Origin: Aplysia californica
Lineage: Eukaryota
Direction of reading: 5' to 3'
Assembly (NCBI RefSeq): GCF_000002075.1
Contig: NW_004797278.1
Span: 1,357,021 to 1,416,098, forward strand
DNA length: 59,078 bases
The notes under the pieces are model-generated. The model worked only from the letters and a program-made list of their open reading frames with translations. It was not told the DNA's origin and searched no databases. Position numbers and translations under genes: made by a program. Below, piece by piece: positions 1 to 13,222 of this stretch. Numbering within the stretch: the first letter of the stretch is position 1; every line of letters begins with the position of its first letter.

Positions 1-1568
1 TGCTTCGACTCTCAAGGCACCCCGGGAATAGCAGTTCACAAGAGAGTGACAAACATACAAAAGAAGTAGAATAAAAATGACGATAGGATGAGGAAAGAAA
101 AGGCAGCACACACCCCCCCCCCTGTTGTTCCAGCACAGTAAGAGCATGACATTACAGAAAAATGCCTATGCAGAGCTAGACTTACACAAAATCGAAATGT
201 GCCATAACAAGAGGCTTATTCCTACAACGTCAACCAGCCACACTTCACGGGGTAAAGACAAAAACCCAAAGGGATAGAAAGGTCACAAAAAGGCAAATAT
301 GCACACCTACCTATCTGTCTAATATCTTTTAGACCTACATGATTTTTTCTCAGAAACAGATCAACATAATATGATAATCACGGCAAGGAACAACCTGGTA
401 AGGTCGATACAATACACTGTTGTTTTGGGGCATTTTTATGAATCTTTTACGTCCTCATTGACACAAGTTAGATCACATTTAGTTTAGGGGGGAGAGGGGG
501 GGGGCTTCGACCCTGCCCTGTCATGGTCAACCCAGGCTAAGAGGAGTACAACGTCCCAGCACAAAGACCGGGAGAAGGACTACACCGAGGATACCTTGCA
601 ACATAACCTCCTTGACTACACCATAAGAATTCTCCCCAAATGGAAATCGAACTCGGTTCTTCTGCGTGTAACAGCGAAGCACCTGACAGCTGCATCACAG
701 ACGCCAGGCATTACTATGTGTAACAAGATGAAAACTCTGGTCCTTCTCTCAAGCCATATATTTTATAAGCAAAACAAAGTACACAGTGTATTCGACATCT
801 CTAAATTAGCAAATAATAGGAAAACAAAATCTCATGCAACGGCTGGAGTTTTTGAGTAAACAGAAGCAAATCGACAAAATAATGGTCATTTTGTGGACAG
901 ACAGACAGAACAGACAGAAACAACAGAGAAAAAGCAAAGAAGTAGGAATTACCAGTGGCACCCTCCAACCACCCGCCCAGACAACAGCATAAAATGATAT
1001 CTCGGCGACTGGAGAGAAATTGGAATTGCCTAATAGACATGATCGCATTACTGAATTCAATCTCCTCACAGCAAGCAGTGAGGGCTACAACACGCAGCCG
1101 ATTCTTTTCCCTGCACTGCACATTTCCATTTCGACAGTCTGTCTCGAAGTGTGAATCAGAACATTCCTTATCCCCCACCCCAAGTAAAGAGTTTTACGGC
1201 ACTTGCCACACAATAAGGTCATATATTATAAGTGCCGAAGATTGGAGGTGTTACAAGAGAGTAACAAATGCACAAAAAAAGCCTGCAAGTATGATCTTAC
1301 TACGACCATGATACACAGTAGCAGCTTTCTATTAAAAACTGCCCAACTGCCGGATTTAGGGCGGGAAAGGGGGGGGGGGCAATGGGAGTATCTCGAAAAA
1401 TGCAGTATGATAAATTATTACTTGTTTGGGTATCACAACTACACACTAACGGCTATTTAGTACAGAGGTTAAGTTTAAACTGACAAAAACAAAAGAGGAA
1501 TAGATTTTAAAAAATAGGACTTACCAGAGACACCCTTCATTCATCCACAGGAGGAATTATCTCCAAAT

Positions 1569-1569
<1 letters not shown>

Positions 1570-1638
<69 letters not shown>

Positions 1639-2045
1639 TAGACAGACAGACAGACAGGACAGATATAGACATTACCAATAGCGAAAAATCTGGCTCAAAT
1701 GGAGATGGGCAGGAAAATGAGAAAGTAATCTATAATACAAAACCAACTTGCAGCTGACCAACATTTTTTTAAAATGCAGAAATGCATGGTCTCCGAGAGC
1801 AAAACAACCAGGAATCGTTGCACTGGATGTCAGCCAGACAAAGGTTCGTGTCTTCGATTTTCTAGGTGTATCAAAAGAAAGCAGCAAAATAACGATATAA
1901 TATTACCGCAGGCCGATGTAATATCAAAGCAGCTGGGCGAGGAGTGGCGAAGGTTTGGGGACATCGAGTTGTCGTTGCTAGCAAAAAAAAAGGAGGGGGG
2001 GTGGTGTGTTTCATTTAAATTTGATGTAGCTGGCACGGACAATAG

Positions 2046-2112
<67 letters not shown>
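1570..2112. repeat. (GACA)n at ~1570-1656 and complementary (TGTC)n at ~2046-2112
   Basis: Directly visible tetranucleotide microsatellites in inverted orientation. Confidence 0.9.
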
Positions 2113-4712
2113 ATTAANNNNNNNNNNNNNNNNNNNNNNNNNNNNNNNNNNNNNNNNNNNNNNNNNNNNNNNNNNNNNNNNNNNNNNNNNNNNNNNNNNN
2201 NNNNNNNNNNNNNNNNNNNNNNNNNNNNNNNNNNNNNNNNNNNNNNNNNNNNNNNNNNNNNNNNNNNNNNNNNNNNNNNNNNNNNNNNNNNNNNNNNNNN
2301 NNNGGGGTAAGTTCTTTATTGGATTTAGTGGAATTTCTCAGAGTTTTGGGCCAATGAGCACGGCACGGACTCTGCCCGTATCTCAAACATAATCTCGTCT
2401 TTGTCATCTTGACTTTCGTGTTGTTTACATCAGTCTGGCGTATGGTAACCCTAGTCGTCCAAGGACATGTTTGGTTTTGTAAGACACATACATAAAATAG
2501 TTACTTATCATTGACCCCCGTGGGGAAATTTGGGTTACAATACGGTAAACATACATGATACAGGTACATAAATACATTGTACATCATTAGAAATACATCA
2601 TGTACACACATAAATATATAAAAAATACACAATATTACAACAATAGAGCACAATTTCACAAACAAGCCACTGCTGATCGCCACTGTACAGCGCCCTGGTT
2701 TGCGTTATTTATTTTTTTAAATTTTTTTTATAGAGTTGTGTGGTGTCTTGTTCAAGGATAAACCCAAGTGACCACGACACCGACACTTGCTTGACATTAC
2801 TTTTGAATCTGAACTCACTACTCACTCAGTCACTGGAGCCTCCAAACAATGACACTCTATGGAGATTTTAAAACTAATCTTTAAACATCAATGTTTTAAA
2901 AAAAAAAGTATGTGCCCACTTTGCTGCCACATGGATGTCAGCACCAGTTATAGTTCAGTAACTTTAGGGCTGGCCTGCGAAATCGTTAACACCCACATTT
3001 CACAAGGATACCCCCCCNNNNNNNNNNNNNNNNNNNNNNNNNNNNNNNNNNNNNNNNNNNNNNNNNNNNNNNNNNNNNNNNNNNNNNNNNNNNNNNNNNN
3101 NNNNNNNNNNNNNNNNNNNNNNNNNNNNNNNNNNNNNNNNNNNNNNNNNNNNNNNNNNNNNNNNNNNNNNNNNNNNNNNNNNNNNNNNNNNNNNNNNNNN
3201 NNNNNNNNNNNAGAAAAGAGCAGACGGTAACAGAGCACCGGTCAAAAACCCCTCTGGCATTGGAGATTAGGGTAAAGACAAGAAAGAATTATGAGTAGTC
3301 AAGAGTCAAGGCAAGGGGTGCATTCACACAGCTAAGAAACATATAAATGAAAACAGGAATTATCGGAACAAAAACCAAGACAAGGGTTTTAAACACCAGA
3401 GTCTGAGGTGTTCTTCTTTATGGATCAGAAATAAAATAAACTTTCTAAAAAGCTACAGGCGCGTATCAGTAGCTGCTTAAGAAAAATACCAAAAATTCAA
3501 TGGCCTGACACCTTAAGACGTGAACAACTATGAAAGCAAAGAAATCAACAGAAAACAGAATATATAGAAATCAAAAAGAAAAAAATGAATGTGGATTATA
3601 CACACCTTTAGAAAAAAGAAAAATTACCCACCAAGCCTAAAATGAGGGAATCCACAAGGCAAGAGAAAGAAAGGAAGTCCTGAAGTACTTGGGAGGGGGA
3701 GGGGGAGAGATTTCTTGTGATTTCTTTCAAACTCCCCATTATCTACCATGGAAGTCACTTCAAATTCAAAGGCAGGGGCACTTAATTATCAAACTATCTG
3801 GGTGTGGCCAAAAATTCCATAAAAGAAAAATACTCCCGACCTCACTTAAATATTAATCTCAATTCCCTATTACCAAATATCAAATTCATAAACAGTAAAT
3901 GGCTAAGCATTTATTTTAAGTACTGCAAGCAAATCCGAAAATACAAATATGCTCATGGTGCCAAAAACCATACCAGATAAGGCTAGGTTTGTCAACTGTT
4001 GGGTTAAAGCCCACACATGCTCACAAGTAAGCCATAATATTTATAAAGCAAAATATTAAAAAAGCATTCTACTGAAGACCAAAAAAAAATTGTTCATTGG
4101 CAGAATTCTGAAATGGTCTATAAAAGCGAGGTACCAGTCACTATGCTGAGCTTTGCTCTTGACTGTGTGGTAGTAGTAGTAGTAGTAGTAATCATCATAT
4201 GATATATTGCGCATTAACAAAATTTAACTAAGGATTTATGGGACATTATCATCTCTGTCCTCAAAATAACTAAAGAAAAAATGCCCTGGTCTGTTCTTCA
4301 AGTTATATGTGCCTGTGTGGTTATCAACATTAGCTACCAGGCTCAGAAACATAGCTACAACTAGAAAAGGGTGTGGTCATCTTTCATCTTTTTGTTTCAA
4401 AAATTCAAAAACACATCACACAAAATACTCCAACTCCAACTATTTCAACTTTCGACCCACTTGCGTAGTAATAGACACTATAGAATCTATTTCGTTGCAG
4501 GAAGTTTCTACTTTAGAGATTTGTTTATATCAAAACTTAAAACTATGGATCAAGCATTTACAAACTAAATAAAGTTGGTGTATAGCCAGTGCCGATGTAT
4601 CAGTAATGAGCGAAAATGGTATGGTCGGGCTGCCGATATGTCGGTAATGGGCAGATAAGGAGTCAAACTCATGATCAGACTATCAGAGATTCAACCCCCC
4701 CCCCCCCCCCAC

Positions 4713-5095
4713 CAGGGCAGTGCTACTGACTGAAGTGTCTTCAGGTCTTTCCCAAAGGGAGATATTAAATGTACTGTAGAATTGTAAATGGGTTGATTTA
4801 TCAATGCCATGATGTTAATACTGTGCCGGAACAAATGGGAGAACTGCTGCTTTTTCTTTCTTCATCCTTACTATCATCATTTTTCCTCTACTTCTTCTGT
4901 ATTTTTGTCACTCTCTTGCGAACTGTTATTTCCGGGGTGCCTTGATAGCCGAAGCAGACTTTGTGCTGTTGAGGCTAGAGAGGCGAGCAGAGTAAGCCTG
5001 ATTCCCCATTTGAACTTTTCTGTTGACATCCACCCCTTGGCGCTTATATGACCTTATCAGTTGCAAGCGCTGTAAAACCATACTAAAACAAACAA
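4713..5095 (+). mobile_element. Retroposon family sharing its 3' tail with the SINE (LINE 3' UTR or second SINE)
   Basis: Tail CGCTTATATGACCTTATCAGTTGCAAGCGCTGTAAAAC; other copies at 1-155 (-) and 36100-36510 (-). Confidence 0.7.
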
Positions 5096-6024
5096 GAGAT
5101 TTAATTTTTTTAATTGTCTAGGAGAAAAGTGGTCATCTTAAACAGTGTCATCATAATCTAGTAAAAATGGGAGGAAGGAAGAGAGAAATAGTCATTCATT
5201 TGATTTGGCCATAGAATATATAAAAATACTCCATATGTGCAGAGCTTCAGTTTTAGATCTCTGAGTGGAAGTTAGCCAGTGCATTATATTATTTCCACTC
5301 TCCAACATTTTATAATTCAATATTAGTAAATCCAGGAACAATGTGTAAGATTCCGGTAGGCCTACCACATATTTCTTGATTAAAATATTGGGGGGGTTTT
5401 CCAACTACGTTCTTTCTTAAATATGTCGAAAATCTTCCCAGTTTAATTTCATAGTTATGAATTCAGAAATAAGGGCTAAGAGGTATGGCACAGAGCTCAA
5501 AATTATGCATTTTCATGATGTACCAGGTACGTCATTTATAAGGCAATGAAGGGGTTAATGGTGGGTTCAATGCACACTTTAGACTCCTCCCTTGTTGTAT
5601 CCAATGTGATGCAGAAGTTTAAAAAATTATAGTTATAATACTTTTGTGTTGTTATGTAGTTACACAAAACTTACAATTTACAACACAGCCATTTTCTTCA
5701 ATAATTTTAATTAATGGCTTCAAGTGCCGACTGCCACAACCATGGTTGCCGTGTTGAGAGATTCTTGAACCCCACACACATGGGAAATGTTGATATATAT
5801 GTATACATAGCTTTCAAGATCTATCAGTATCAGCATCTCCAAATCTAACTACACTACTGCATTCTGAGCGCAATAAAATATGACCCTGACCTTGGGACCT
5901 GTACTTTTCTTGACCACAATAAGTCTTGTGATTGGCTTCTCACATCTGACAGCTGCAACTGGTGTCCCTTACAATTTTGAAAAAAAAAACACAATTGATT
6001 ATTACGTAACAGACAAATTAACAG

Positions 6025-6871
6025 GAGGAGCAACCCTTGAGGGCCATTTTCTATGTTTGTTGCCCGAGATCAAATCTAAGTAAAGACGGCCACCCATTGT
6101 CAAGGAGAAAAGTGACCGTATAAGACAGGTGGCCGTCTTAGGCAGGACTGATCAAGATGAAGAAAACAAACCATTCCCATCTGAGGTCTCAATCGAAAGT
6201 AGCCGCATTGTTGTAGTTTTTGTTGTTGTTGTTTTGTATTTCGTTTGTTCTTTTTATTTTGTTGCTGATTTTGCGCAAGGGTGACAATAAAACTAAATGC
6301 ATCAGACGAGGAAGACCGAGTGCAGCGGTAAAACAAACATATGGGTCGCCACCACTCAAAGAACGAGCGATACTCTTGTCACAAGTTCATGATGACGTCC
6401 ATTGTTACTTTGTTACAGACTGAGGAAACAGTGACCACTCATCTCACTTACGATTTGTGTATGAGTTCTCGGCGGGGCTTACAGGTTATGCGGGATCACA
6501 CGCTTCCCTCACCAGAAGCTGGGAATTGGTATCTATTGGTCAACAGTGGGAGGGGCCTACGCAACATGATCGGTTGGAGGGATTACCAAACAACAACGAC
6601 AGGTGATTGGATTATGATGGCTCGCTCAAAACGCCAGGCACAATTTATGACAAAACGTAAGGGAGTCACTAAGGTGGCCGTCTAAGACAGGTGTTATTGC
6701 TTGGTGTGATAGGGGTTGTGGGTTAAAATATGGTGGCTGCGGCCGCGTTGGACAGGTGCCCGTTTTACACAGTTAAATTATATAGAAAAAACGCGAGGGG
6801 GAAAATGAAAAGTGGCCGTTTGTACAGGTGGCCGTCTTATAGAGGTGGCCGTCAGGGCAGGTTCGACTGTA
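6025..6871. mobile_element. Tc1/mariner-pogo-like MITE (ends GGTTCGACTGTA) with iterated AGGTGGCCGT subterminal repeats
   Basis: Right end intact, left end degenerate; a truncated copy of the right end lies at 18950-19072. Confidence 0.6.
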
Positions 6872-7857
6872 CATATATAAGTTAAGCATTAGTAAAATCT
6901 CTTGATAAGCAATTTTATTTTGGCATAGCTACAGCAGTTGCTATGGAAACAGAAGCCATCTTGAAAATAAACAATGAATTTCAAATCCCTAAGGCTTTCT
7001 TATTTACAGACTAAATGTGACCAAATTTGGTAAGAGTATACCTGAACCAGACCCTATTAGTGTAACAGTGAGGGTTTTTTTTCAATAAGTGCAAGAGAAA
7101 AAAAAAGAGAGAATTTTCCCAAAGTATAAAAAAACTTTTTTAAATTTAGGTTTTGTAATCGCTTGTCAATAGAAAAGTGTAATTTTGTTCGCAAATATCT
7201 CACTGATACATTGATGGCAGCTGTGCCATTTATGTTTCCAAAACGTTAAATGTCAAAAGGATGAAAACTAAGGAAGGAGTAGGGAAAAAACTGCAAAAAA
7301 ATGACATTTTGCGAAAAACGACAATTATTGTGAAAATTTACTATATTAACCCATCCTCATGTTTTCAAAGGCAATTTACGAGGAGAATAAAGACTTTCTC
7401 AAATATCTCCATGCTATTTTTAGACAAAAAAAACTGGTTGATCTTCAATAATCAGCCAACATCTCAATGTGCATAGCCTGACCCAAAATCAGCAAAATCA
7501 AGGGGCGCTCCTCCCCTTAAGTCGTATTGTGTCAAAATGAGAATCTTGAAAACATTTACCCCTCCATGGAGGAAAACCACACTGGCCTTGACTGAATCAA
7601 ATGTCATGGAGACAATTAGCAGGAAGACCCCCGGGGTGGACGCTGGAAAGGAGAGATGAGCAGCTATGGACATGTGCTGCCTGCTATGATACTAGCTCTG
7701 GAACCAAGTAATCCAAGTTAGAATCAAGTGAATAATTTTTTTTATGAAGTCATTTGGCAGTATGCACTGGGTCCTTTCCCTAACACCAATGGTTATCACC
7801 TGAATCCAAATTCAGTCAGTTATCCGGAAATGTGATTGCCAAATCTTACCCTATTAC

Positions 7858-8593
7858 CAGTGGCGTCGCGTGGGTTGCAGACAAGGTGGTGCATAATTGG
7901 AAAGTGAGCAAATGGGCAATAGGCTTAGTAGCTACTATTAAGATTTCTAGAGAAAGTCAATTAGAATCTGCAGGATATCCCGTAATCTACATCTTTCGAA
8001 ATTTACAACTGTTTCTGGATGAAACCGCATAAAAGCTGCAATAAAGTGAAACAAAACAAACAAAACACTCTGCCCACAACCTGAGAAGATTTAAAGATTT
8101 CTAATTACAAATGTACTTCGTGCTGCACCAGGACTTGCTACACAATAGAGGGAAACAACAGTTTCGATACCCATTCTTCATTGAGCTACCGTTGGTTGAC
8201 TCTACTAGTATAGTGTAGTAGATAGGCTCGCAGAAACTTGGATCAAATTTTTAGCTTGCACGAAATTGGTGCTGCGAAGAGCAGTTTCATGCACCTTTCT
8301 TCTTGTGCGGGAAGAACGATGCATAGATTTCCCTACTGTAACAAAAATAACTTTGGTGCAAAGATTTTGCTTGCTCCCAGCAGACACTACCGCAAGCGGT
8401 GCGACGAGCATAAACCATCCTCGCCGTCTGTCTCTTCACTGGCTCAGCCAGCGGGTGACGGATCACAAGGATGTAGTAGTGTAGATCTAGAGCACTGACT
8501 GGTTTAGAACAATTAGAAAAAGGGGGGGGGGGGGTGAAGGCCAGGGTTAGGTGGAGCGCTTGCACCAATTGCACCAATGGCGCCCTGCCACTG
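7858..8593. mobile_element. hAT-type non-autonomous element (MITE)
   Basis: Termini CAGTGGCG.../...TGCCACTG; 8-bp TSD cctattac / cgtattac (7/8). Confidence 0.7.
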
Positions 8594-9184
8594 CGTATTA
8601 CCCAAATTCGAAAAATCCGATCAAATGTAGGAAAATGGAAAAAGGCCACCCCTAAGTTACTAGAGAGCTACACTTCTAAAGAAAACTTCTCTATTACACT
8701 GTACTACCAAGTCTCCACTAATTCAGTAACTACTATTACTACTGACTAGTTCTACTTCTACTTCTACTGTTTTACTTCACTCTAGGGAAGGCTACCAATA
8801 TTCTCACACCAGGTGAGAATAGCTCATGACCCGATATTCTCACCCCCACCCCTATGTGGGCATGAGGCGGGGCCTCACCCCTGACCTCTCGCAGGCCGAT
8901 AAAATCACCCAGGGCCTCTATAGTGTAGCTAGTTTTTTTACCGCATATGGTTGGAAAATGACTCACGAGCGCTTGGCGCTTGTTTCCTCATGTAGGCCAA
9001 CTACTGATTATCATTACCATGACCTCAATCTTTTAAAAAAAATCAAATAGCCTTAAAAAAATTAGGAATTTATGAGTACTGGAACGTAACCGGAAAAAAA
9101 AAAATGTTCTACTGCTCTTGACATTTCATTCTTGCATAACCATAGAGTGTAGCTCGGGTTTTTTTCACTGTTGTTTGCCGTTCA

Positions 9185-10402
9185 CAGGGTTGGTGACTTT
9201 TTTATTTTTTTAAATAAAAATTTTTTAAATAGATTTTAAAAATTTAAATCAGATTTTTTAAATTTAAATCGGCTTTTTTTTATTTTTAAAATTTAAATCG
9301 GCTTTTTTTTATTAAATTTTTTTTTTTTTTAAATGTCGACACAGTTTGGGATTTTAGGTGGCTACAAGTGTGTTCTTTTAGTGCAAAATGCATTGTCTTT
9401 ATTTTAACTAATGATTAATTTAAGCAATTGCAAAAGAAAACCTTATCTGCTATTATCAGTGAATTATGGCTACAGACAAAAAAATGAAGAAAATGTCAGT
9501 CTAAAAGGAAGGGGGGGGGGGGGGTAATTATGCAAAGATAAACTCGCTTTTTATTACAGTGTGTGTGTGTGTGTGTGTGTATGCGCGCTTGTGCTTGGGT
9601 AAAAAGAAAAAGAAAATGCTAATTTCAATTATGAAAAAAAAGTAAATTGAATACTGTATTATTTTACTACTTACAGTGACAGGGGGGAAAGCAGACTTTT
9701 AAACATTATTATTTTAGTCTACTAAACCTTATATCTGTTTTATAAAACCAAGGAAAGGAATTCTGAATGTTTAAAGATGTAAAAACAGAATACATTTTTT
9801 TCAAGCGATTTAAATTACTGAGTTTTATTTTTAAAATCAAGTTGATTCAAATTTTTTAAAATCAACTGATTTAAATCAACCCAACCCTGGTTTTCAATTA
9901 TGAAAAAGAAAATTAAATTGAGTACTGTATTATTTTACAGTGACAGAGGGGAAAGCAGACTTTTAAGCATGATTATATTTAGTCTACTAAACCTAATATC
10001 TGTTTAATAAAACCAAGGAAAGAAATTCAGAATGTTTAAATATGTAAAAACTGAATACATTTCTTTGAAAAGAGATTTAAATCACAAGTTGATTAAAATA
10101 AAGAAAATCAACTGATTTAAATCAACACAGCTCTGATTTCAATTATGGAAAAAAAAGTAAATTGAATACTGTATTATTTTACAGTGAAAGGGGGGAAAGC
10201 AGACTTTTTAGCATGATTATTTAGTCTACTAAACCTTATATCTGTTTAATGAAACCAAGGAAAGGAATTCTGAATGTTGAAATATGTAAAAACTGAATAA
10301 AAATTATTTTTTTTTAAAGTGATTTAAATCACAGATTTTTATTTTAAAAATCAAGTTGTTTTACATTTAAAAAATCAACTGATTTAAATCAACCCAACCC
10401 TG
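9185..10402. mobile_element. hAT-type MITE with a triplicated right end
   Basis: TIR CAGGGTTGG / CCAACCCTG; 8-bp TSD gccgttca / gctgttca (7/8); three ~250-270 bp tandem units at 9622-10402. Confidence 0.8.
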
Positions 10403-10593
10403 GCTGTTCATGATGTGAAATGGCCTTCACCTGACGCTAGTCACCCGACATTGGGCGAGTAGCACTGGCCTATTATTATTCGTTCCCAACCAGATGCAGT
10501 AAGCCACCAAGGGCCTATCTATTTATGTGATTTTATCGACCAGCGAGAGGTCAGGGGGGCGCCTCATGCCCACACCAGGGTGGGAGCTATTCT

Positions 10594-10845
10594 GGTGCTT
10601 TTTCGGTAGTCCCCCCCCCCCCTTTATTACAGCCTACCTAGATCTACATGTAGATCTATACGTTTGATGAGCGGCGAGCTAATATATCAAACCCAACAAC
10701 TGCAAAACATCAAATTAAGGTAAAATTCATGGGGGCATGCCCCCCTGAAACCCCCCCACCATACTTTAATTAGGTCAGACCCCCTACTCATGGGGCCAAA
10801 ACTGGCGAATAAGATTTGCGGGGTGGGAACTACCGAAAAAGCGCT
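10594..10845. mobile_element. GG-terminal MITE with 8-bp TSD (Merlin/MULE-like), family A
   Basis: TIR GGTGCTTTTTCGGTAGT.../...ACTACCGAAAAAGCGCT; perfect TSD gctattct. Confidence 0.8.
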
Positions 10846-12640
10846 GCTATTCTCACCCCCCCCCCCTACTGGTGAGAATAGCGAGACATGGGTTATTCTC
10901 ACCCAGGGTGAAAATAAAGACGTGGTTATTCTCACCCCGTGAGAGAATAACCTATGTCTCGCTATTCTCACCCCCTCCCTTGTTTTACCGGAAACGACCC
11001 AAGAGGGATCAGGGCTGAGGTTACCGGGGCTGATGCTGCACAGGATCGTGTTGGTGTCCGAATAGACAAAGATCTAGTCACAGTCAGGGTTGTCAGATTG
11101 GAGCCAAATCCCAGAAATTTGGCTCTTTTGGATTGCGTCTCACCCGGAGAATGTCATTTGGCTCTCTGGCTCTTTTTTGGCTCTAAACTCCAAAAAAAGA
11201 AGAAAGGAGACAGAAAAAGCAAGAAGAATAGAAGAAAAAAAATGAAAGTGAAGGAAAGAGCTTGGATTGCTTGATAAAAAATAATTATTAAACTAGTTAA
11301 ACGATTTAACTCCCTTGCCCACTTGGTCTGAATAATTTACAACCCTTCTATCGTCGTGCAAGAGCATAAATTAATTGTCTCGTGCTTGTGTCTCGTTACA
11401 ATTGTACACACTCTCTGTTCCTTGAACCATTTATTGTGTGCAGGCAGAGAGTGAGAGGCCTGCCATCTTACATCAAGGCCCACTTATGGAGAACAACGCG
11501 AGACCGGGCCCAGATGTACTCTGGACGAGGCCAAAAGAGATTGCCTCTTACCTGTCTGCCTGTGGCAGACTGCCGCCCTCCTAACGGAGGCCAGCCAAAA
11601 GTAGGAAGGAAAGAAAGCCTGCCATCGTTAAGTCAGTGTGTAAACAACGAATGGGCCAGCCGGCGGCTGGTCCCACATCCTGCTCAATGGTGTCGGCAGT
11701 GAGCCTTTTTTTTTTCATTGGAGAGGCGAAAAATGTTTTTAAATTATTATTTTATTATTCGTTCCCAACCACATGCGGTAAGCTACTAGCATCCTGCAAG
11801 AGGTCAGGGGGGACTCCTCACCTAATGTCCACATGGGGTGGGAGCTATTCTCACCCACCCACCAGGGGGGGGGGGGGGGTGAGAATATCGAGTCATGAAT
11901 TATTCTCACCCGGGGTGAGAACAGTGAGACAAGGGTTATTCTCACCGGGGTGAAAATTAAGGTGGCCTGAGAATAAAGGTGGCCTTTTTTTTAAACGAAG
12001 TGGCTATGCGTACGGCTCCCGTACGCATAGCATAGAGGCTATCACAGCTATGTGCATGGCCCTCCACTTCACTATAATAAGCTAGGCTTCGTAGACGGAA
12101 ACTATCAAACCGTACACTACAAGTGGACAAACTTTTAAACCCTGGAAGCGCGCAGGCCCTTTATAAAGGCCGAGAGCCGGCCTACCCGGAAAGCGCGCAG
12201 GCCCTATAACATAGGGCATAGGGATGACTTACTTTGATTGGGAAGCGCGCAGGCCCTTATAAAAAGGGCATAGACCTTTTTTCAATGGAAAATTTCAGCA
12301 TTCTTTGGAAAATGGCGTAGCAAATTACAGGTTAAAGTTATAAATAGTGACCAATGACTTTGCAAGTTATCTTGACCTCGTAGACCGTCTCTTGGCCAAA
12401 GATCGTACTGACAAAATAGTTCACTGAGCCAAAAAGGTGTCCATGGAAGTCCGCACATTGGTTCAGATGACACTGCATGCAGTCTTGGTTTTGAACTTTC
12501 ATTTCACCAGAAGAAGAATAGGAATAGCACAATTTGTTAGTTTCACTTTTAAAATTTTTAAATTTTCACACGAGTAGGGTAACTCTGATCGAAAAGTCCG
12601 CACTTTTTCGAAGAGGGCGCCACCGAATATTGAGGACACT

Positions 12641-12744
12641 TTTTTAAGGCCGGCTCTATTTCTCCGAACGTTCGGGAAAATAAAGTTGAACTCTATTTTT
12701 CCGAACGGTTTACGTTCTCAAGATTTGTTGATAAAATTATAAAT

Positions 12745-12791
<47 letters not shown>

Positions 12792-13222
12792 CGTGTGCGT
12801 GTGCGTGTGTAGGTGTCCGTGAGTGTGTAAGGTGTGAATGGAAGTGGGGGGGGATTTTTTTTTACATGAAGGATTTTAGTTTTTGCTGAGTGACTAAAAT
12901 AGGTTACTGCCAAGGTCGAACAGTCTTTTTTTCTCGCAATACCTTTTGAAGGTATTTTGAAATGAAGTATAGCCAGAGAACATTGCCACAACCACAACTG
13001 AAGTATCTGAATATATAAAAATATCTTGCTCTAGAAATTGAATTCGATGTCCTGGGGAAAAAAATGCTTCTTCCCAGACCTCGCAGAATGGCATATGAAA
13101 GTTGGCGCCGAACTCTCGCAAATAGGCAAACAATCACGAGAGCGGAGGCTGGAAACCGTTCGGAGAAATTATAAAAATCGGCACTATTTCTCCAAACGTT
13201 CGGAGAAATAGTCACTTCGTTT
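12641..13222 (+). mobile_element. Helentron-associated (HINE/DINE-1-like) element
   Basis: T-run start, palindrome CTATTTCTCCGAACGTTCGG(A/G)(G/A)AAATA near both ends, internal (GT)n, end GTCACTTCGTTT; partial copies at 13397-13465 and 14710-15120. Confidence 0.55.

Larger units (their letters stand above)
8795..11990. mobile_element. Foldback-like repeat complex with iterated TATTCTCAC/GTGAGAATA motifs, interrupted by younger MITEs
   Basis: 8800-8920 is an inverted match to 10520-10593+10846-10975 and to 11790-11955. Confidence 0.55.

Noticed and set aside
1521-1570. Strong minus-strand donor (gtaagt) near 1524
   Set aside because: No convincing open exon or acceptor; abuts a microsatellite
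6937-6950. Perfect RFX X-box GTTGCTATGGAAAC, attractive for a ciliary gene such as PACRGL
   Set aside because: About 14-17 kb from the gene, and in a context (…GCCATCTTGAAAAT…CCAAATTTGGT) typical of a common invertebrate repeat
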